Positions 24,005 to 24,704 of a stretch of DNA of 24,704 nt are shown piece after piece. Source of the stretch: Nitrospinota bacterium (GTDB lineage Bacteria > Nitrospinota_A > UBA7883 > JACRGQ01); the NCBI GenBank assembly GCA_046754425.1, contig JBHHVT010000006.1, positions 1 through 24,704 of the forward strand, written 5' to 3'. Under the pieces are notes generated by a model. It was given only the letters and a program-made list of their open reading frames with translations. It made no database searches and was not told the origin of the DNA. The position numbers were made by a program, and so were the translations under genes. How positions within the stretch are numbered: position 1 is the first letter of the stretch; each line of letters starts with the position of its first letter.

Positions 24005-24053
24005 GGGAAAGCGTTACTTTTTACGTAAATACGAAGTAAAACCACTTTCCCAA
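24005..24053. promoter_or_regulatory. 49-bp imperfect palindrome with a perfect TTTACGTAAA core, between the heptosyltransferase gene and motA
   Basis: Outer arms are TGGGAAAG (24005-24012) and CTTTCCCA (24046-24053). The central perfect 10-bp palindrome is at 24021-24030. T-rich sequence follows. Confidence 0.35.
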
Positions 24054-24170
24054 TTTACATATCTGTTTTAGAATTGTAGAGCGTCGCACCTGGTTAGAGG
24101 TTAACCGGTTCGGCCGGCTGAAGATAAAATCTTCGTTCAGCCGCAATTCGCGAGACAAGGAGAATATCGA

Positions 24171-24704
24171 TTGGATCTTGCAACTATTATCGGCGTTATT
24201 GCCGGACTCGGGCTTATTATTGTCTCTATTTTGTTCGGCGGTTCGGGACTGGGCGGCTTTGTCGATATCCCCGGATTGATGATAGTCGGCGGCGGGACAT
24301 TGTCCGCAATGCTTGTGATGTTTCCGTTTTCCACCGTAAAAAGTTCCGTCCTCATCGCGATGAAGGCGTTTCAGAACAAGCCGCATAACCCGGCGGGTTC
24401 CATCAAGCAGATGGTGACGCTTTCTAAAAAGGTGCGCAAGGAGGGGCCTCTGTCTTTACAGAACTTTAAAAGCAGCGACCCCTTTCTCTCAAAGGCAATC
24501 GCGATGATGGTGGATGGAACCGACCATAACGCGATCCGCTCGATACTCACTACGGAGATAAGCCAAATCCGCCTGCGCCACCAGGTGGGACAGACGGTTT
24601 TCGAACAGCTCGGCCTATTGGCCCCCGCGTTCGGCATGATTGGTACGCTGATAGGGCTTGTTCAGATGCTCAAGACGCTTTCCGATCCGTCGTCCATCGG
24701 CCCC
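24171..24704 (+). CDS. motA: flagellar motor stator protein MotA (5' partial, runs off the window end)
   Basis: TTG start at 24171, 8 nt after AAGGAGA. The 178-aa fragment MDLATIIGVIAGL...AMMVDGTDHNAIRSILTTEISQIRLRHQVGQTVFEQLGLLAPAFGMIGTLIGLV is colinear with B. subtilis MotA (AVDGQSAEFIRDIMTEEVEAMEDRHQAGAAIFTQAGTYAPTLGVLGAVIGLI). The ORF track missed it because it is open at the 3' end. Confidence 0.8.
   Translation, partial: MDLATIIGVIAGLGLIIVSILFGGSGLGGFVDIPGLMIVGGGTLSAMLVMFPFSTVKSSVLIAMKAFQNKPHNPAGSIKQMVTLSKKVRKEGPLSLQNFKSSDPFLSKAIAMMVDGTDHNAIRSILTTEISQIRLRHQVGQTVFEQLGLLAPAFGMIGTLIGLVQMLKTLSDPSSIGP

Noticed and set aside
24171-24704. MotA-like gene at the window end as a possible Zorya (ZorA) anti-phage component
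   Set aside because: The fragment aligns closely along its length with canonical flagellar MotA (B. subtilis-like), including the conserved cytoplasmic loop and the TM3/TM4 region. ZorA proteins are more divergent and carry a long C-terminal tail that cannot be assessed here. No ZorC/ZorD-like genes are visible, and the upstream neighbour is an LPS heptosyltransferase.
1-24704. CRISPR arrays, tRNA or rRNA genes, transposases or prophage genes
   Set aside because: No regularly spaced direct repeats, no tRNA T-arm or anticodon structures, and no integrase, transposase or phage structural motifs were found on either strand.

Overview
This is a GC-rich bacterial chromosomal segment of about 24.7 kb. 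I infer it is proteobacterial-like from an Hda-type DnaA paralog and a sigma-54-type pilin promoter. It is densely coding, with 21 supported protein-coding genes and no rRNA, tRNA, CRISPR, transposase or integrase. Left to right the genes are: a flotillin/SPFH membrane protein (-), a GT39/ArnT-like membrane glycosyltransferase, aroK, aroC, maf and coaE (a tightly overlapping operon), a hybrid PAS histidine kinase with an atypical receiver domain, glgA, a 1087-aa single-chain MmeI-like restriction-modification enzyme (PD-(D/E)xK nuclease fused to an NPPY N6-adenine methyltransferase), a stand-alone Memo-family protein, a convergent zinc-ribbon membrane protein with an Hda-like AAA+ protein (-), mutL (endonuclease-type), then on the minus strand an Ftr/FhcD formyltransferase, an FwdA/FhcA-like amidohydrolase, a TonB-family protein and two tandem type IV pilin paralogs, followed by a glutaredoxin-like gene, a GT9 heptosyltransferase and the 5' part of motA. 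I found no clearly novel multi-gene defence system. Several things remain worth a second look. Two short GC-hairpin repeat families sit at gene 3' ends and bracket the RM gene, and the window itself starts inside one of them. The RM gene has a sharply low-GC 3' segment. The first pilin gene appears to have a sigma-54 promoter with an upstream palindrome. Twin GTCACGYG-N4-CRCGTGAC palindromes lie upstream of the tonB-amidohydrolase-ftr operon. The Ftr plus FwdA-like pair occurs without fhcB or fhcC. A long palindrome lies upstream of motA.
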